The notes beneath the pieces were generated by a model. It was given only the letters and a program-made list of their open reading frames with translations. It was not told the origin of the DNA and did no database searches. 64,000 nucleotides of DNA, from the NCBI GenBank assembly GCA_015493635.1, contig WGCU01000041.1, positions 18,212-82,211 on the forward strand, in the 5' to 3' direction. Origin of the DNA: Spirochaetaceae bacterium (GTDB lineage Bacteria; Spirochaetota; Spirochaetia; B11-G9). Shown one piece after another: positions 19,996 through 30,330 of the stretch (position 1 is its first letter; each line of letters opens with the position of its first letter). A program made the position numbers and the translations under genes.

Positions 19996-20902
19996 GACGG
20001 TACTGAAAGTATCTGTTTTTTCCGCCTTTCTTTAACGGAGAGAATTGCCTGGAAATATATTCGTCAAGCATCATCTTAACCGAGAAAGAAATACAGACCG
20101 TATCAGTATCGGAAAAGTTCTTTTCCATTTCCATAAGATGCTTTACCGGTTCACTTTGGGTTAACATCTCTTTGTTCGCCGTATACTCACACTCTCCTGA
20201 ATGAATGGAAATTCTGAAATGAAGGTGTTCCTTGAGTGAACACAACGTGCGGTTGTAGAGAAACATCTGATTGACAATTTCAAAGGCTGAGAGAACTGCG
20301 TTTAGATACTTGTTTCCGAGAAAAAACGCAATAACACCACCGTCTCCTTCCCATGCCCAGAGCCGGCCATCTCTTTTTTCAGTGATATTTTGAACAATGT
20401 AACTGAATTCTGTATACGTTCTTTCAACGGTTTCTCCAGGATATTTTCGTACAATGCCCGTATTATCAATAATATCAATACCAAGAAATGCAAGGGTGTA
20501 CGTTTCTCCATCCTGCAAAGTCCCCCAGTTCCTGGTTTTTCGTACCCGGGGGTTTTCAACAAACATCTGGTTTTCACTGTCATAGAGGTAGCCGCTGTTA
20601 TAGATCTCTTTAAGAATATCGTTCAAATAGGGAATCTGGACTACCCTGCTCATGATACCTTCCTTTTCAATACGGAGAAGGGTTTCAACAAAGGTGAGAA
20701 ACAGATCTTTCTGAATTATATTACGGATAATGGTATCTGCTGCGTCACGGTTTGGGATTGCAAAGCTTTCGGGAAATCCTGTCTCCTGATAAATATCATA
20801 ACCGGGAATCAGTCTCCGGGCTACATGACACATTGTCCGGACATCCATGGCTTCACTGAGAGCTTTTGAGCATAATAACTGTACTTTCCGGGAAGTTTCC
20901 AT
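19973..20902 (-). CDS. Nucleotide cyclase-like palm domain protein (class III CHD/GGDEF-like)
   Basis: YTLAFLGIDIIDNTGI corresponds to the FaDIvgFT block. RLWAWEGDGGVIAF corresponds to GG..k.iGDa.maF. HFRISIHSGECEY corresponds to lRiGiHtG.v. A 140 aa N-terminal domain of unknown type precedes it. Confidence 0.45.
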   Translation of the reverse strand: METSRKVQLLCSKALSEAMDVRTMCHVARRLIPGYDIYQETGFPESFAIPNRDAADTIIRNIIQKDLFLTFVETLLRIEKEGIMSRVVQIPYLNDILKEIYNSGYLYDSENQMFVENPRVRKTRNWGTLQDGETYTLAFLGIDIIDNTGIVRKYPGETVERTYTEFSYIVQNITEKRDGRLWAWEGDGGVIAFFLGNKYLNAVLSAFEIVNQMFLYNRTLCSLKEHLHFRISIHSGECEYTANKEMLTQSEPVKHLMEMEKNFSDTDTVCISFSVKMMLDEYISRQFSPLKKGGKNRYFQYRLGWETND

Positions 20903-20970
20903 TTTTTCTATTTAAAATTAATGCTTTTTTCACCCTGTCTGTCAAGGAAAATAAAAAAATAGTGTGTATA

Positions 20971-23655
20971 ATGTCATCCATGAGGAACGTTAAAAGTATT
21001 ATAATAGAGAATTTTGATAAACAGGATACCTCTTTTGTTTTTCCTTCTGAAATAACTGCTGCTTTCTGGAGAATGAGGAGTCTTGATAGTACCGGAAGGT
21101 CGGCTGTTCGTTCTGAACGGTTCCTCAGCTGGGACACTTTCAAGGAAAGATATTTTTCACTAAATCAAAAAGGAACACCGGTAAATAAAATAGTGAGGAC
21201 GCTTTTTACTGTTTCTTTTTTGGAAAAAAACAGTCAGAGTGGTGGTTCTCTGCTTTCTTCCCTTATCCCGTCTGATTACGCGGAAAACTCAGCTGCTTTT
21301 AAAAAGCTGATTCTTTCACTTCTTCCAGGAATTGCCGGCCTGATTAAAAAAATTAATGATGAAAGAGTTCCTTTACCCCGGCCCCTTTTGAAAGATCTTG
21401 CACAAATCCATGAGGAGTATACCGGGTTCCTCCAAAAACATGACTTATTCGAGCCAGGGTGGATGAAAGCTGATGTATCGGAAGTTGAAGGGATTTTTTA
21501 TCTTTTTTATCCTGAGGTTATTGAGGATTATAAGGATTTTTCCATTGAACTCTCTGCATCTGATCATATCATCATTGTCCCGCTGTCTGATAAGGTTTCA
21601 CCGTCGATTCTCCGGTTTCCAACAGCTTCTGCGGAGATCAAGTGGCTGCTGAAGCAGATCAGGGATCTCCTGGATAAGGGAATTCCTCCTGATGAAATAA
21701 GTATTACCCTGCCCGATATGGATGGATGGCGGGATCGTCTGGAAACGATGGCGTCTATACGGAATATTCCGCTTTCTCTTAAAGAAGGCCGTCCTGTCAG
21801 CGAATTCTCCGGAGCCCGGATTTTCCGTATGCTTTCCGATTGCAGCAAAACCGGATTCAGCAGTACGGCAATGAAACAACTGTTTCTGAACGGTTCAGTT
21901 CCCTGGATAGAGGAGAAGAAAGCGCATGCTCTCGTTCTTTTCGGGATTGGGAATCATTGCTTTCGGAATTATTACAGAAAAGGGAAAGAGGTTGATCTCT
22001 GGGAAAAAGCACTCAGGAGCAGTGGAGATCATGAGCTTCTGCTTTATTACCGGAGTTTTAAACAAAACGTACAGGCTATTTCAGGTTCAAAAACATTCTC
22101 TCAATTAAAGAGGGCTATACAGCAGTTTATAACACATTTTCTCAATACGGATGAGTTGGAACGCGGAGGGATGCTGAAAGCATTTCAGTTTGCTCTTGAA
22201 ATATTGAATACGGTTATTGAAGATGCTGCTGCCTGCGGGAGTGATGCCGTAAAATCCCCTTTTGATATCTGGCTTTCATTTCTTGATGAGATAATCTATG
22301 TTTCCAGAGAGAATAAGAATGGTATAGCGGTTTATCCCTACCGTGTTGCAGGAGGCATTGAAACCCTGTGGCATTTTATTCCCGGTTTTTCCCAGCGCAC
22401 TTTTTCTGTTTCAATGGAAGACTATTCTTTTTTAAGGGAAGACCAGAAGGTGTTTTTTACAGATACTGTTCATGATTTTTCTGATTATTTTTTGTCTCTC
22501 TATAGTATGTCCGGTAAAAATGTTGTTTTTTCCATGAGCAAAGTTTCATTTTCAGGCCCTGAAATTCCCCCGCCTGAGTTTCTAACGGAAGGAAAGGTTG
22601 ATGATTTTCAGGAAAGAATTGGTGATATACAGGATGTTTTTGATTGTGAGATTGCATACTGGAATGGAGAAACCCCTATGCATCCAAAGATCGTTCCGGT
22701 CATGAGAACGGGGCTGGAAAGAGCTCAGGTAAGTGTATTCAGTAAAAAGCAGATTGACTATACACGTAAGGCTGTTTCCAGCAGTAATCTGCTTAACGAA
22801 GTCCGAAAAGCATTTTTCCACGGCAAGGATACCATGAGGGTTTCTTCAACCATGCTTGATGCTTTCTATACCTGCCCTTACGCATTTTTTCTTCAAAGAG
22901 TTCTTTCTGTCAGTGAAAACCAGTACGAAATGGTTTTTAAGGATCATCAGCTTATCGGCAGGCTTATCCATGATTGTTTTCTTGAACTTTTTTCTTTTAT
23001 AGACAGGAAAACCGGTGTTTTTGATCCCGGGAAGAGGAATCTCTACAGAGAGTATGTGCCGAAACTTGTTTTAAGTGTTATGGCTCAGTATGAGAGAGAT
23101 GGGATGATTATGCTGGGGCCGGTATGGGAGGAAGTACGGACTTATCTGATTTCCCACCTGGGTACCTTTCTTGATATAGAAGCAGAGACCTTTCCATTAT
23201 ACAAGCTCGAGTCGGCTGAGAAAAGCTATGGATACGATGTGGAAGATGATATTCGGATTGAAGGAAGAATCGATAGAATTTCTGTACGGAACGGGATTCG
23301 GTGTATTATTGATTACAAGAAAAATTACACTACCTCTCTGTCTCGGCTGAATCCTGAAGAAGGTGTTCCTGAATCCTTTCAGTTATTTTTTTATATTCTT
23401 CTTGCAGAATCGGAAGGAGAGAAAATATCGAGAGCAGCGTACTATAATGTTACAAAAGATACGTATGTAACGGTTTTTTCTGATCCCCCTGAAAAAAAGA
23501 GTCTTTCACGGGAAACGGTTGATGAGATTTCGGCACAGATGAAGACCTCTATCCGGAGCATGAAAGAACAAATTCAATCGGGAGATTTTTCAGTTTCAGA
23601 CTGCGGTTCCTGCAGTTTTAGAAATATCTGCCGTGTTAGATATACGGTGAGGTAG
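20971..23655 (+). CDS. addB: AddB/RexB-like helicase-nuclease subunit (inactivated helicase, C-terminal PD-(D/E)xK nuclease with Fe-S Cys cluster)
   Basis: No Walker A motif. The C-terminal DYKKNY nuclease motif and the cysteines CGSCSFRNIC are as in AddB. It is followed directly by the AddA-like gene. A TATAAT at 20961-20966 argues for a start at 20971 or 20980 rather than the ORF track start at 20866. Confidence 0.65.
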   Translation: MSSMRNVKSIIIENFDKQDTSFVFPSEITAAFWRMRSLDSTGRSAVRSERFLSWDTFKERYFSLNQKGTPVNKIVRTLFTVSFLEKNSQSGGSLLSSLIPSDYAENSAAFKKLILSLLPGIAGLIKKINDERVPLPRPLLKDLAQIHEEYTGFLQKHDLFEPGWMKADVSEVEGIFYLFYPEVIEDYKDFSIELSASDHIIIVPLSDKVSPSILRFPTASAEIKWLLKQIRDLLDKGIPPDEISITLPDMDGWRDRLETMASIRNIPLSLKEGRPVSEFSGARIFRMLSDCSKTGFSSTAMKQLFLNGSVPWIEEKKAHALVLFGIGNHCFRNYYRKGKEVDLWEKALRSSGDHELLLYYRSFKQNVQAISGSKTFSQLKRAIQQFITHFLNTDELERGGMLKAFQFALEILNTVIEDAAACGSDAVKSPFDIWLSFLDEIIYVSRENKNGIAVYPYRVAGGIETLWHFIPGFSQRTFSVSMEDYSFLREDQKVFFTDTVHDFSDYFLSLYSMSGKNVVFSMSKVSFSGPEIPPPEFLTEGKVDDFQERIGDIQDVFDCEIAYWNGETPMHPKIVPVMRTGLERAQVSVFSKKQIDYTRKAVSSSNLLNEVRKAFFHGKDTMRVSSTMLDAFYTCPYAFFLQRVLSVSENQYEMVFKDHQLIGRLIHDCFLELFSFIDRKTGVFDPGKRNLYREYVPKLVLSVMAQYERDGMIMLGPVWEEVRTYLISHLGTFLDIEAETFPLYKLESAEKSYGYDVEDDIRIEGRIDRISVRNGIRCIIDYKKNYTTSLSRLNPEEGVPESFQLFFYILLAESEGEKISRAAYYNVTKDTYVTVFSDPPEKKSLSRETVDEISAQMKTSIRSMKEQIQSGDFSVSDCGSCSFRNICRVRYTVR

Positions 23656-23658
23656 GCG

Positions 23659-26600
23659 GTGAAAAAGAAAAAGCTGGACATAGATCAGGAAAAGGCAGTA
23701 GCCTGTGAAAAGAATGTCGTTGTTTCCGCCGGTGCGGGATCAGGGAAAACAACCGTCCTGTCAAAGCGGTACGTACGGCTCATCACAGAGGGGAAAGCCG
23801 CGGTGGAAAATATACTGACTCTGACCTTTACACGGAAAGCCGCGGCTGAAATGTACGAAAGGATCTATCAGGAACTACTTAAACAGACAAACAATGAAAG
23901 AGCACGGGAGCAGTCGGCGCGGTTTGAGAATGCGAGAATCTCAACACTGGACAGTTTTTCCGCGGAAATTGTTAGAAGCGGGTCATCTCTCTTTGGTATA
24001 CCGATGGATTTTACTACTGATACTGAAGAAACTACTGCTCTTGCTGCAGACAGTGCCCTTGATTTTCTCCTTAGACATCAGGATGATCCTTTTCTCAAGG
24101 AATTTATTTCCCTGCACGGATTTGAAAATGTATATGAGAATCTGTTTACTTCTGCGGCTGTTAATGATTTTAACATTGCGGAACCGATAGACTTTGAGAT
24201 ACTTTTTAAAAAACAGGAAGCAGAATTGCACAGAGTTCTGAATGAGAAAATCTCCCGGCTTGAAGCATTGAGACAGAAGATATTGTCAGCAGAACCGTCA
24301 GGGGGGAAAACGTACCTTTCAAACCAGAAGATGTGCAGTGAAATCGGATCTCTTTCTTTTTCAGGAGAAAATCCCGAATTGAAGGAAGTCTCAGCCATAC
24401 TAAACAGACTGACATTTAATATACGGCTGGATAAAAGTGATGAGGCTGTTCTTCAAAAAGAGTACATCCTGGAAATAAGGAAAGAAAAAGAAATACTGCA
24501 GACCGTTATCTCGTCACTTTCCGCTTTACCCTTGGTGAAGGGAATTTTTTCTCTCCTGTCAGATTTTCAGATGGAATTTCTTGCACAGAAACGTATCCGG
24601 GGTATCCTTTCTTTTCAGGATGTTGCGTCCCTTGCGGTCAGAATACTGGAGGAAGATCTTGAACTGAGAAAGTACTATAAAGATCAGTTTACACATATTA
24701 TGATCGATGAGTTCCAGGATAACAATATTCTTCAGAGGAATCTCCTTTTTCTCCTTGCTGAGAAGAAGGGGGAAGAACTGCCTGGGATTCCCGGAGCAGA
24801 TTTTCTTGAACCCGGTAAACTCTTTTTTGTCGGAGATGAAAAACAGTCAATTTACAGCTTCAGGGGAGCTGATGTTTCTGTTTTTAAAAAGCTCCAGAAT
24901 GAAATTCTTCTCTCCGGAGGAGAAACACTTTCCCTGCGGACAAATTACAGGAGTGAACCGCAGCTTATTGATTTTTTCAATACCTTTTTTTCTTCTGTTA
25001 TGGCAGATGCCTGTGAAGATTATGAAGCAGTTTTTGATGGTTTAAAAGCACGGACTCCCTCAGAGGGGATCCATTCCTCAATCCGTTTTTTTTATAAACC
25101 ATACTCCCCGGAATCAGGAGAGGATATTCTCAGCGGGAGAGAAGCAGAGGCATGGCATATAGCGAAAACCATTAAGAAACTTGTTGAAGAAAAAACCCTT
25201 CTTATTCCCGATGAAGATAAAGGAGTACGGCCGGCAGGATATAGGGATATATGTCTCCTTATGCGGTCTACCAGCGATCAGATCCTCTATGAAAAGTATT
25301 TCAGACGTCTGAATATCCCCTTTTCAGTTCAAAGTGTCCGGGCGTTGTTTCTTGAAGCACCGATAAACGATCTGTACAATTTCCTTCAGCTTCTCGTATA
25401 CCGGGAGGATTCCCATGCGTATGCAGGGATTCTACGGTCACCTTTTTTTAATCTGAATGATGATGTAACTTCCGGGATTCTCCTTAAACACCAGCCGGCT
25501 TTTGCTTTTAATGCGGAAGAAACCCCGGAGCTTTTTTTCAGAGATGATGACCGTTTAAAATACCAGCAGGGGAGAGAGCTGTATCTCCGTCTTCTGAAAA
25601 TAAAAGATATCGTTCCCAAAACCGAATTGATCAGAATTCTCTGGTATGAAAGCGGATACCGCTATTTTCTGCTTAAGAACCCCCTTTATGCAGGATATCT
25701 TGAGTATTTTGATTATCTAGAAGAATTAGCCCGCAGGTCAGATGCCGCTGGAGAGAATCTGGCATTATTTCTTGATTTTATCAGAGGAAATCTGGGAAAG
25801 TATGAGAAAATTCCTGACCTTGAACTGCTCCGGGATGAAATCACCGGTGTGCTGTGTATGACTATCCACAAGGCAAAGGGACTTGAGTTTCCTGTTGTTG
25901 TTGTTGCGGATACGGGCAATTCAGGCTTTGGAACGAGTGACAGGAAACCTTACTATACTTCTGATGCTTTTGGGATTTCTTTAAAAGTAGCAGGAGAAAA
26001 AGGGGGAAAAGCCAATTACTTTTTTATGCTTGCAAAAGAGGAGCAGACAAAAAAAATGATCTCCGAGATGAAACGTATTTTGTATGTTGCCCTTACCCGG
26101 GCGGAGAGTCATCTCATCCTGTCCGGCGTACATGGAAAAAATAATCGTAATACCGGGAGTGATACCGGGAAAAGAACACTTCTTAACATGATCCGCGGAG
26201 GTCTGGGTGAAGAGATATCCCGCATGGAATATATCCCGGATTATACCTGGGCCGAAACTGAGAAGGCTGTTCAGGTTCCGGTACTGAGGGATCTTCATAA
26301 AACTGTCCGTGAATATAGAGATACCGTTCTCCCGGAATTGCGAAAAGGGGCTGAATTCCACACAGTAACCGAAATAAACAGGATCTATACGGCAGATTCC
26401 CTGTCAGAAAAAGGAGAGAAGCTTCCCGTGATTCCGTCTGACAGTATTATAACACAATACGGGTTGTATTCTCTGTTCGGGACATTGTGCCACCGGATTA
26501 TTGAGTCCCGTATTAAAAAGCTTTCTTTTAACGATGAGCGTTTCAGAGGCTTGGAAGAAGTCTCTTCTGCTGAACGAAAGATTCTCTTTTCCGATGCCCG

Positions 26601-26946
26601 CCATCTCGCCGATGCCTTTCTTGCCTCATCGTTTCACCGGAAACTTCAGGACGGAGCAAAACTTGAGTCAGAGTTCTCTTTCCTCTACCGTTCCCAGGAG
26701 GATGAAAGCGGATTGTACCTGACGGGGCAGGCGGATCTTCTGTATGAAAAGGATGATGCAGTCATTGTCATTGATTTTAAAACAGACCAGTATAAAAATC
26801 CGGCTGAATATGAATATCAGCTTTCAATTTATCGCAGCGCTGTAGCGTCCATCTTTGGTAAACCGGTAAAAAGCTTTCTTTACTATCTCCGAAGCGGAGA
26901 TGCAGTATTGGTGGAGAAAGAAGCCAGGATAGATTCATTACATTGA
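23659..26946 (+). CDS. addA: AddA/RecB-like ATP-dependent helicase-nuclease (UvrD family)
   Basis: GTG start overlapping the addB end. Walker A AGAGSGKTTVL, a UvrD/Rep helicase motif series, and a C-terminal nuclease domain (GQADLLYE...VIDFKTDQY). Confidence 0.8.
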   Translation: MKKKKLDIDQEKAVACEKNVVVSAGAGSGKTTVLSKRYVRLITEGKAAVENILTLTFTRKAAAEMYERIYQELLKQTNNERAREQSARFENARISTLDSFSAEIVRSGSSLFGIPMDFTTDTEETTALAADSALDFLLRHQDDPFLKEFISLHGFENVYENLFTSAAVNDFNIAEPIDFEILFKKQEAELHRVLNEKISRLEALRQKILSAEPSGGKTYLSNQKMCSEIGSLSFSGENPELKEVSAILNRLTFNIRLDKSDEAVLQKEYILEIRKEKEILQTVISSLSALPLVKGIFSLLSDFQMEFLAQKRIRGILSFQDVASLAVRILEEDLELRKYYKDQFTHIMIDEFQDNNILQRNLLFLLAEKKGEELPGIPGADFLEPGKLFFVGDEKQSIYSFRGADVSVFKKLQNEILLSGGETLSLRTNYRSEPQLIDFFNTFFSSVMADACEDYEAVFDGLKARTPSEGIHSSIRFFYKPYSPESGEDILSGREAEAWHIAKTIKKLVEEKTLLIPDEDKGVRPAGYRDICLLMRSTSDQILYEKYFRRLNIPFSVQSVRALFLEAPINDLYNFLQLLVYREDSHAYAGILRSPFFNLNDDVTSGILLKHQPAFAFNAEETPELFFRDDDRLKYQQGRELYLRLLKIKDIVPKTELIRILWYESGYRYFLLKNPLYAGYLEYFDYLEELARRSDAAGENLALFLDFIRGNLGKYEKIPDLELLRDEITGVLCMTIHKAKGLEFPVVVVADTGNSGFGTSDRKPYYTSDAFGISLKVAGEKGGKANYFFMLAKEEQTKKMISEMKRILYVALTRAESHLILSGVHGKNNRNTGSDTGKRTLLNMIRGGLGEEISRMEYIPDYTWAETEKAVQVPVLRDLHKTVREYRDTVLPELRKGAEFHTVTEINRIYTADSLSEKGEKLPVIPSDSIITQYGLYSLFGTLCHRIIESRIKKLSFNDERFRGLEEVSSAERKILFSDARHLADAFLASSFHRKLQDGAKLESEFSFLYRSQEDESGLYLTGQADLLYEKDDAVIVIDFKTDQYKNPAEYEYQLSIYRSAVASIFGKPVKSFLYYLRSGDAVLVEKEARIDSLH

Positions 26947-26984
26947 AAAATTTCAACTGTCCCCGTATACTATACTGATAAACC

Positions 26985-28550
26985 ATGTTTACTTTAATAT
27001 TTATAGATGACGAGAGTATTATCCGCGACGGTGTGAGAAAATGTATAAACTGGGAACAAAATGGGTTCAGACTTACGGGGGTTTTTGAAAACGGGGAAGA
27101 GGCTCTTGCATTTATAGAACGGGAACATATTGACGTTGTTATTTCAGATATCAATATGCCTAAAATGGATGGTCTTACTTTTAGCAGCATTGTTGCAGAA
27201 AAATATCCTCAAATCGTTGTTATTCTCCTTACCGGTTATGAGCAGTTTGAATATGCTCAAAAGGCAATAAAATATAAAGTCACTGATTTTCTTCTTAAAC
27301 CAATTACAGCGGATGAATTAAAGAAGGTACTGGGAAGGATCTATGGGGAACTGTCTGTCAGGAACGAAAAAGAACGTCAGCAGGCATTATTAAAAGAAAA
27401 ACTTATGCTGAGTTTTCCGTTATTGAAAGAGCGGTTTTTAAATAATCTTGTTTCAGGTAAAATAGATAATGCGACATTGGAAAAGAGGAAAAATTTTTTT
27501 CAATGGAATGATTTTGGGTTGGTGTATCAGGTTATAGCTATCATTCTCCCCCGTAACTGTGAGGAATTGGATTACTTCGAGATTCTTGATTTTATGAATG
27601 CCCGGAAAGAGAGCACTGATGAAGTTTTTATGAATCAGGAAGGTTTTATTGTTACGCTTATCCAGAGTGACAATAAGGAAAAAAGTTTAACAAAAACAAA
27701 AACCTTCGCGGAACAGGTGTTTCGGCATGCTGAGGAAGTATCATTGGAATCTATCTATATTGGATATGGAGACCCTGTCACTGAAACGGATAAGATCAGT
27801 GATTCATTCCGGGGTGCTTCTGCTGCAAGCCGATACGCGAAATTAACCGGGCTTTCACAAATTATATCAACGCAGGATATTCAAAACAGAGGAAGACCTT
27901 CTCTGGCTGAATTTTACAGTTTGGAAAAAAAATTTTCAAAAGAACTGAAAGAAGGCAGCCGTATCGAAACCCGGAAAGCTCTTAAAACCATTTTTTCGTT
28001 TTTAAAGACCTATATAGTTACCGGTGAAGAAGCCGCTCATTTTTATATACATATTCAGGGGGTTATGTATACTTTCCTGAATGAGATGGGGCTGTTTTCT
28101 TCCCTTATTGATCTTCATCCGTTACCATTAGGAGGATTTGAAACGCTCTTTGAGGCTCAGCAGTATTTTCTGGAACAGCTTGATGTTATAGAAGATATGA
28201 TCCGCAACTCACGGAATGATATCGTCCATGAGCGTATTATAAAGGCAAAGAATATTATTTCACAACGGTACAGTGATAAAAATTTTTCACTTTCCGATAT
28301 GTGTGATGAATTGTATCTGTCAACAAGTCAGTTCAGTGTTGTTTTTAAGGAAGGAACGGGAATGACTTTTATTGAATACCTGACCGCTTTCCGGATAGAT
28401 CAGGCTAAAAAACTTCTCAGGACGACAGATAAGAAAAGTTATGAAATAGCGGAGGAGACAGGGTATGCTGATCCCCGTTATTTTTCGATTATTTTTAAAA
28501 AATATACAGGAGTTACTCCAACAGAGTATAGAAAGGAACGTGAGAAGTGA
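26985..28550 (+). CDS. Response regulator, YesN-like (receiver plus AraC-type HTH)
   Basis: Receiver with DDE...DVVISDINMPKMDG. C-terminal AraC/XylS HTH (two-helix motif ...GYADPRYFSIIFKKYTGVTP). Confidence 0.8.
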   Translation: MFTLIFIDDESIIRDGVRKCINWEQNGFRLTGVFENGEEALAFIEREHIDVVISDINMPKMDGLTFSSIVAEKYPQIVVILLTGYEQFEYAQKAIKYKVTDFLLKPITADELKKVLGRIYGELSVRNEKERQQALLKEKLMLSFPLLKERFLNNLVSGKIDNATLEKRKNFFQWNDFGLVYQVIAIILPRNCEELDYFEILDFMNARKESTDEVFMNQEGFIVTLIQSDNKEKSLTKTKTFAEQVFRHAEEVSLESIYIGYGDPVTETDKISDSFRGASAASRYAKLTGLSQIISTQDIQNRGRPSLAEFYSLEKKFSKELKEGSRIETRKALKTIFSFLKTYIVTGEEAAHFYIHIQGVMYTFLNEMGLFSSLIDLHPLPLGGFETLFEAQQYFLEQLDVIEDMIRNSRNDIVHERIIKAKNIISQRYSDKNFSLSDMCDELYLSTSQFSVVFKEGTGMTFIEYLTAFRIDQAKKLLRTTDKKSYEIAEETGYADPRYFSIIFKKYTGVTPTEYRKEREK

Positions 28551-30328
28551 GAAAACGTATTGGTTTCGGAACGCTTGATTCCAAAATATATATAAGTTTT
28601 ACCCTCCTGATCTTTTTTGCGGTGTTTACCATGCAGCTGGTTTCCTCCCGGTTTACAGTAAATACGGTAAGAAACTCCGTACTGGAAAATAATAGAGTCC
28701 TGCTTATCCAGCTTACTGCCCAGATAGATTCATATATCAAGAGCCTAGGGAAGCTTTCCCTTTCTATTCAAAATGATATGCAGATACAGCATTATCTTTC
28801 AGCAGACAAACAGGACCGGGGGAAAATTGATAAGGAAATGAAGCATAGTCTACAGAATTATATTCAGGCACGGGATGATATATCAGATATTCTTGTTATT
28901 GGATTTAACGGGGCCGTTATTACCGGAGATCCTGGAGCTGTTCTCAATCCTTCTACTTCCGTACAAAACAAAGAATGGTTTATCAAGGCTATGGAAGGGA
29001 AAGGGAAGGCTTTCATTTCGTCTTCCTATGTGCAGGATATTATAGCGGGACGATATCCCTGGGTTGTTTCCATGAGCAGGGAGCTTTTTTCCGTAAAGGA
29101 TGGAAAACCTCTGGGAGTGCTGCTTATCGATTTAAAGTTTAATCGTATTAATGATTTGTGCCGGTCACTTGTTGTCGGACGCAAGGGATACAACTTTATT
29201 ATTGACGGACAGATGAATTACGTGTTTCATCCAACGCAGCAGCTTGTGTACAGCAATCTGAGAAGCGAACCGGTCAAGCCGATTCTTGATTTGCTGCAGC
29301 AGTCGAAAGAGAATATCTATCATGAAGGCAATCGTTATTATATGATAGAAACTTCTAAAACGACTGGCTGGCATGTCGTAAGTGTTACCCATATGAGTGA
29401 TATTTTACCTGACTGGAACCATATACAGATATCCTATACCATTATCGGTTTAATATTCTTTCTTGTTGTTGGATTTGCCGCAAACAGGATATCATCAAGT
29501 ATAACAAAACCGGTACGGAAACTTCGTGACATTATGAAAAGTGTTGATACCGGGGAGTTTGAAATTGCCGGAACCATACAGGCCTCCGATGAAATTAAAG
29601 AGCTGGCACGGGAATATGATATTATGGTAGGGAGAATCCGTGAACTGATAGCAGAAAATATTCGGGAGCAGGAATTAAAACGGAAAAGTGATTTAAAAGC
29701 ACTTCAGGCACAGATTAACCCTCACTTTTTATACAATACACTGGATTCCATAATCTGGATGGGAGAAATGGGGCAGAATAAAGAGGTTGTCCGTATGACT
29801 GCATCTCTGGCTAAGCTTTTTCGGTTGAGTATCAGCGGTGGGAAAGAAATTATCCCGTTACAAGATGAAATCGCACATGTAGAGTCTTATCTCACCATTC
29901 AGAAAATGAGGTATCGTGATAAGTTTACGTACACCATAGAAATTGATCCTTCTCTGTACCATTGCCGAATGCTTAAAATTACCCTCCAGCCCCTTGTAGA
30001 AAATGCTATCTATCATGGTATCAAGGAGGTAGACCATCCCGGACTTATATTAATAAAGGGGGAGAAAAGAGACAATTCTATTATCCTCTCTGTACAGGAT
30101 AACGGTAAGGGGATGGATAAAACTACCTTGGATACCCTTACCAGGAGTATTTATTCATCGGAGAGTGATTCAGATTTTTCACTGACACGGCAGGGAATGG
30201 GTGTGAGAAATGTCCATGAACGGATACGTTTGTATTTTGGTGAAGCGTACGGCCTTTCCTTTTTCAGTAGTATGGAAAAGGGAACGACCATAACAGTTAA
30301 AATTCCATATATGTACCAGGAGATTTAA
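28547..30328 (+). CDS. Sensor histidine kinase, YesM/LytS-type (2 TM, extracytoplasmic sensor domain, HAMP, His_kinase, HATPase_c)
   Basis: NPHFLYNTLDSI H-box of the PF06580 type. The ATP-lid motif is GMGVRNVHERIRLYFG. A roughly 270 aa segment lies between the two TM helices. Confidence 0.8.
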   Translation: MRKRIGFGTLDSKIYISFTLLIFFAVFTMQLVSSRFTVNTVRNSVLENNRVLLIQLTAQIDSYIKSLGKLSLSIQNDMQIQHYLSADKQDRGKIDKEMKHSLQNYIQARDDISDILVIGFNGAVITGDPGAVLNPSTSVQNKEWFIKAMEGKGKAFISSSYVQDIIAGRYPWVVSMSRELFSVKDGKPLGVLLIDLKFNRINDLCRSLVVGRKGYNFIIDGQMNYVFHPTQQLVYSNLRSEPVKPILDLLQQSKENIYHEGNRYYMIETSKTTGWHVVSVTHMSDILPDWNHIQISYTIIGLIFFLVVGFAANRISSSITKPVRKLRDIMKSVDTGEFEIAGTIQASDEIKELAREYDIMVGRIRELIAENIREQELKRKSDLKALQAQINPHFLYNTLDSIIWMGEMGQNKEVVRMTASLAKLFRLSISGGKEIIPLQDEIAHVESYLTIQKMRYRDKFTYTIEIDPSLYHCRMLKITLQPLVENAIYHGIKEVDHPGLILIKGEKRDNSIILSVQDNGKGMDKTTLDTLTRSIYSSESDSDFSLTRQGMGVRNVHERIRLYFGEAYGLSFFSSMEKGTTITVKIPYMYQEI

Positions 30329-30330
30329 AC

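Noticed and set aside
20866-20970. 5' extension of the addB ORF (ORF track start at 20866)
   Set aside because: The extension overlaps the 3' end of the opposite-strand gene at 19973-20902, and a TATAAT -10 element sits at 20961-20966. The ATG at 20971 or 20980 is the more plausible start.
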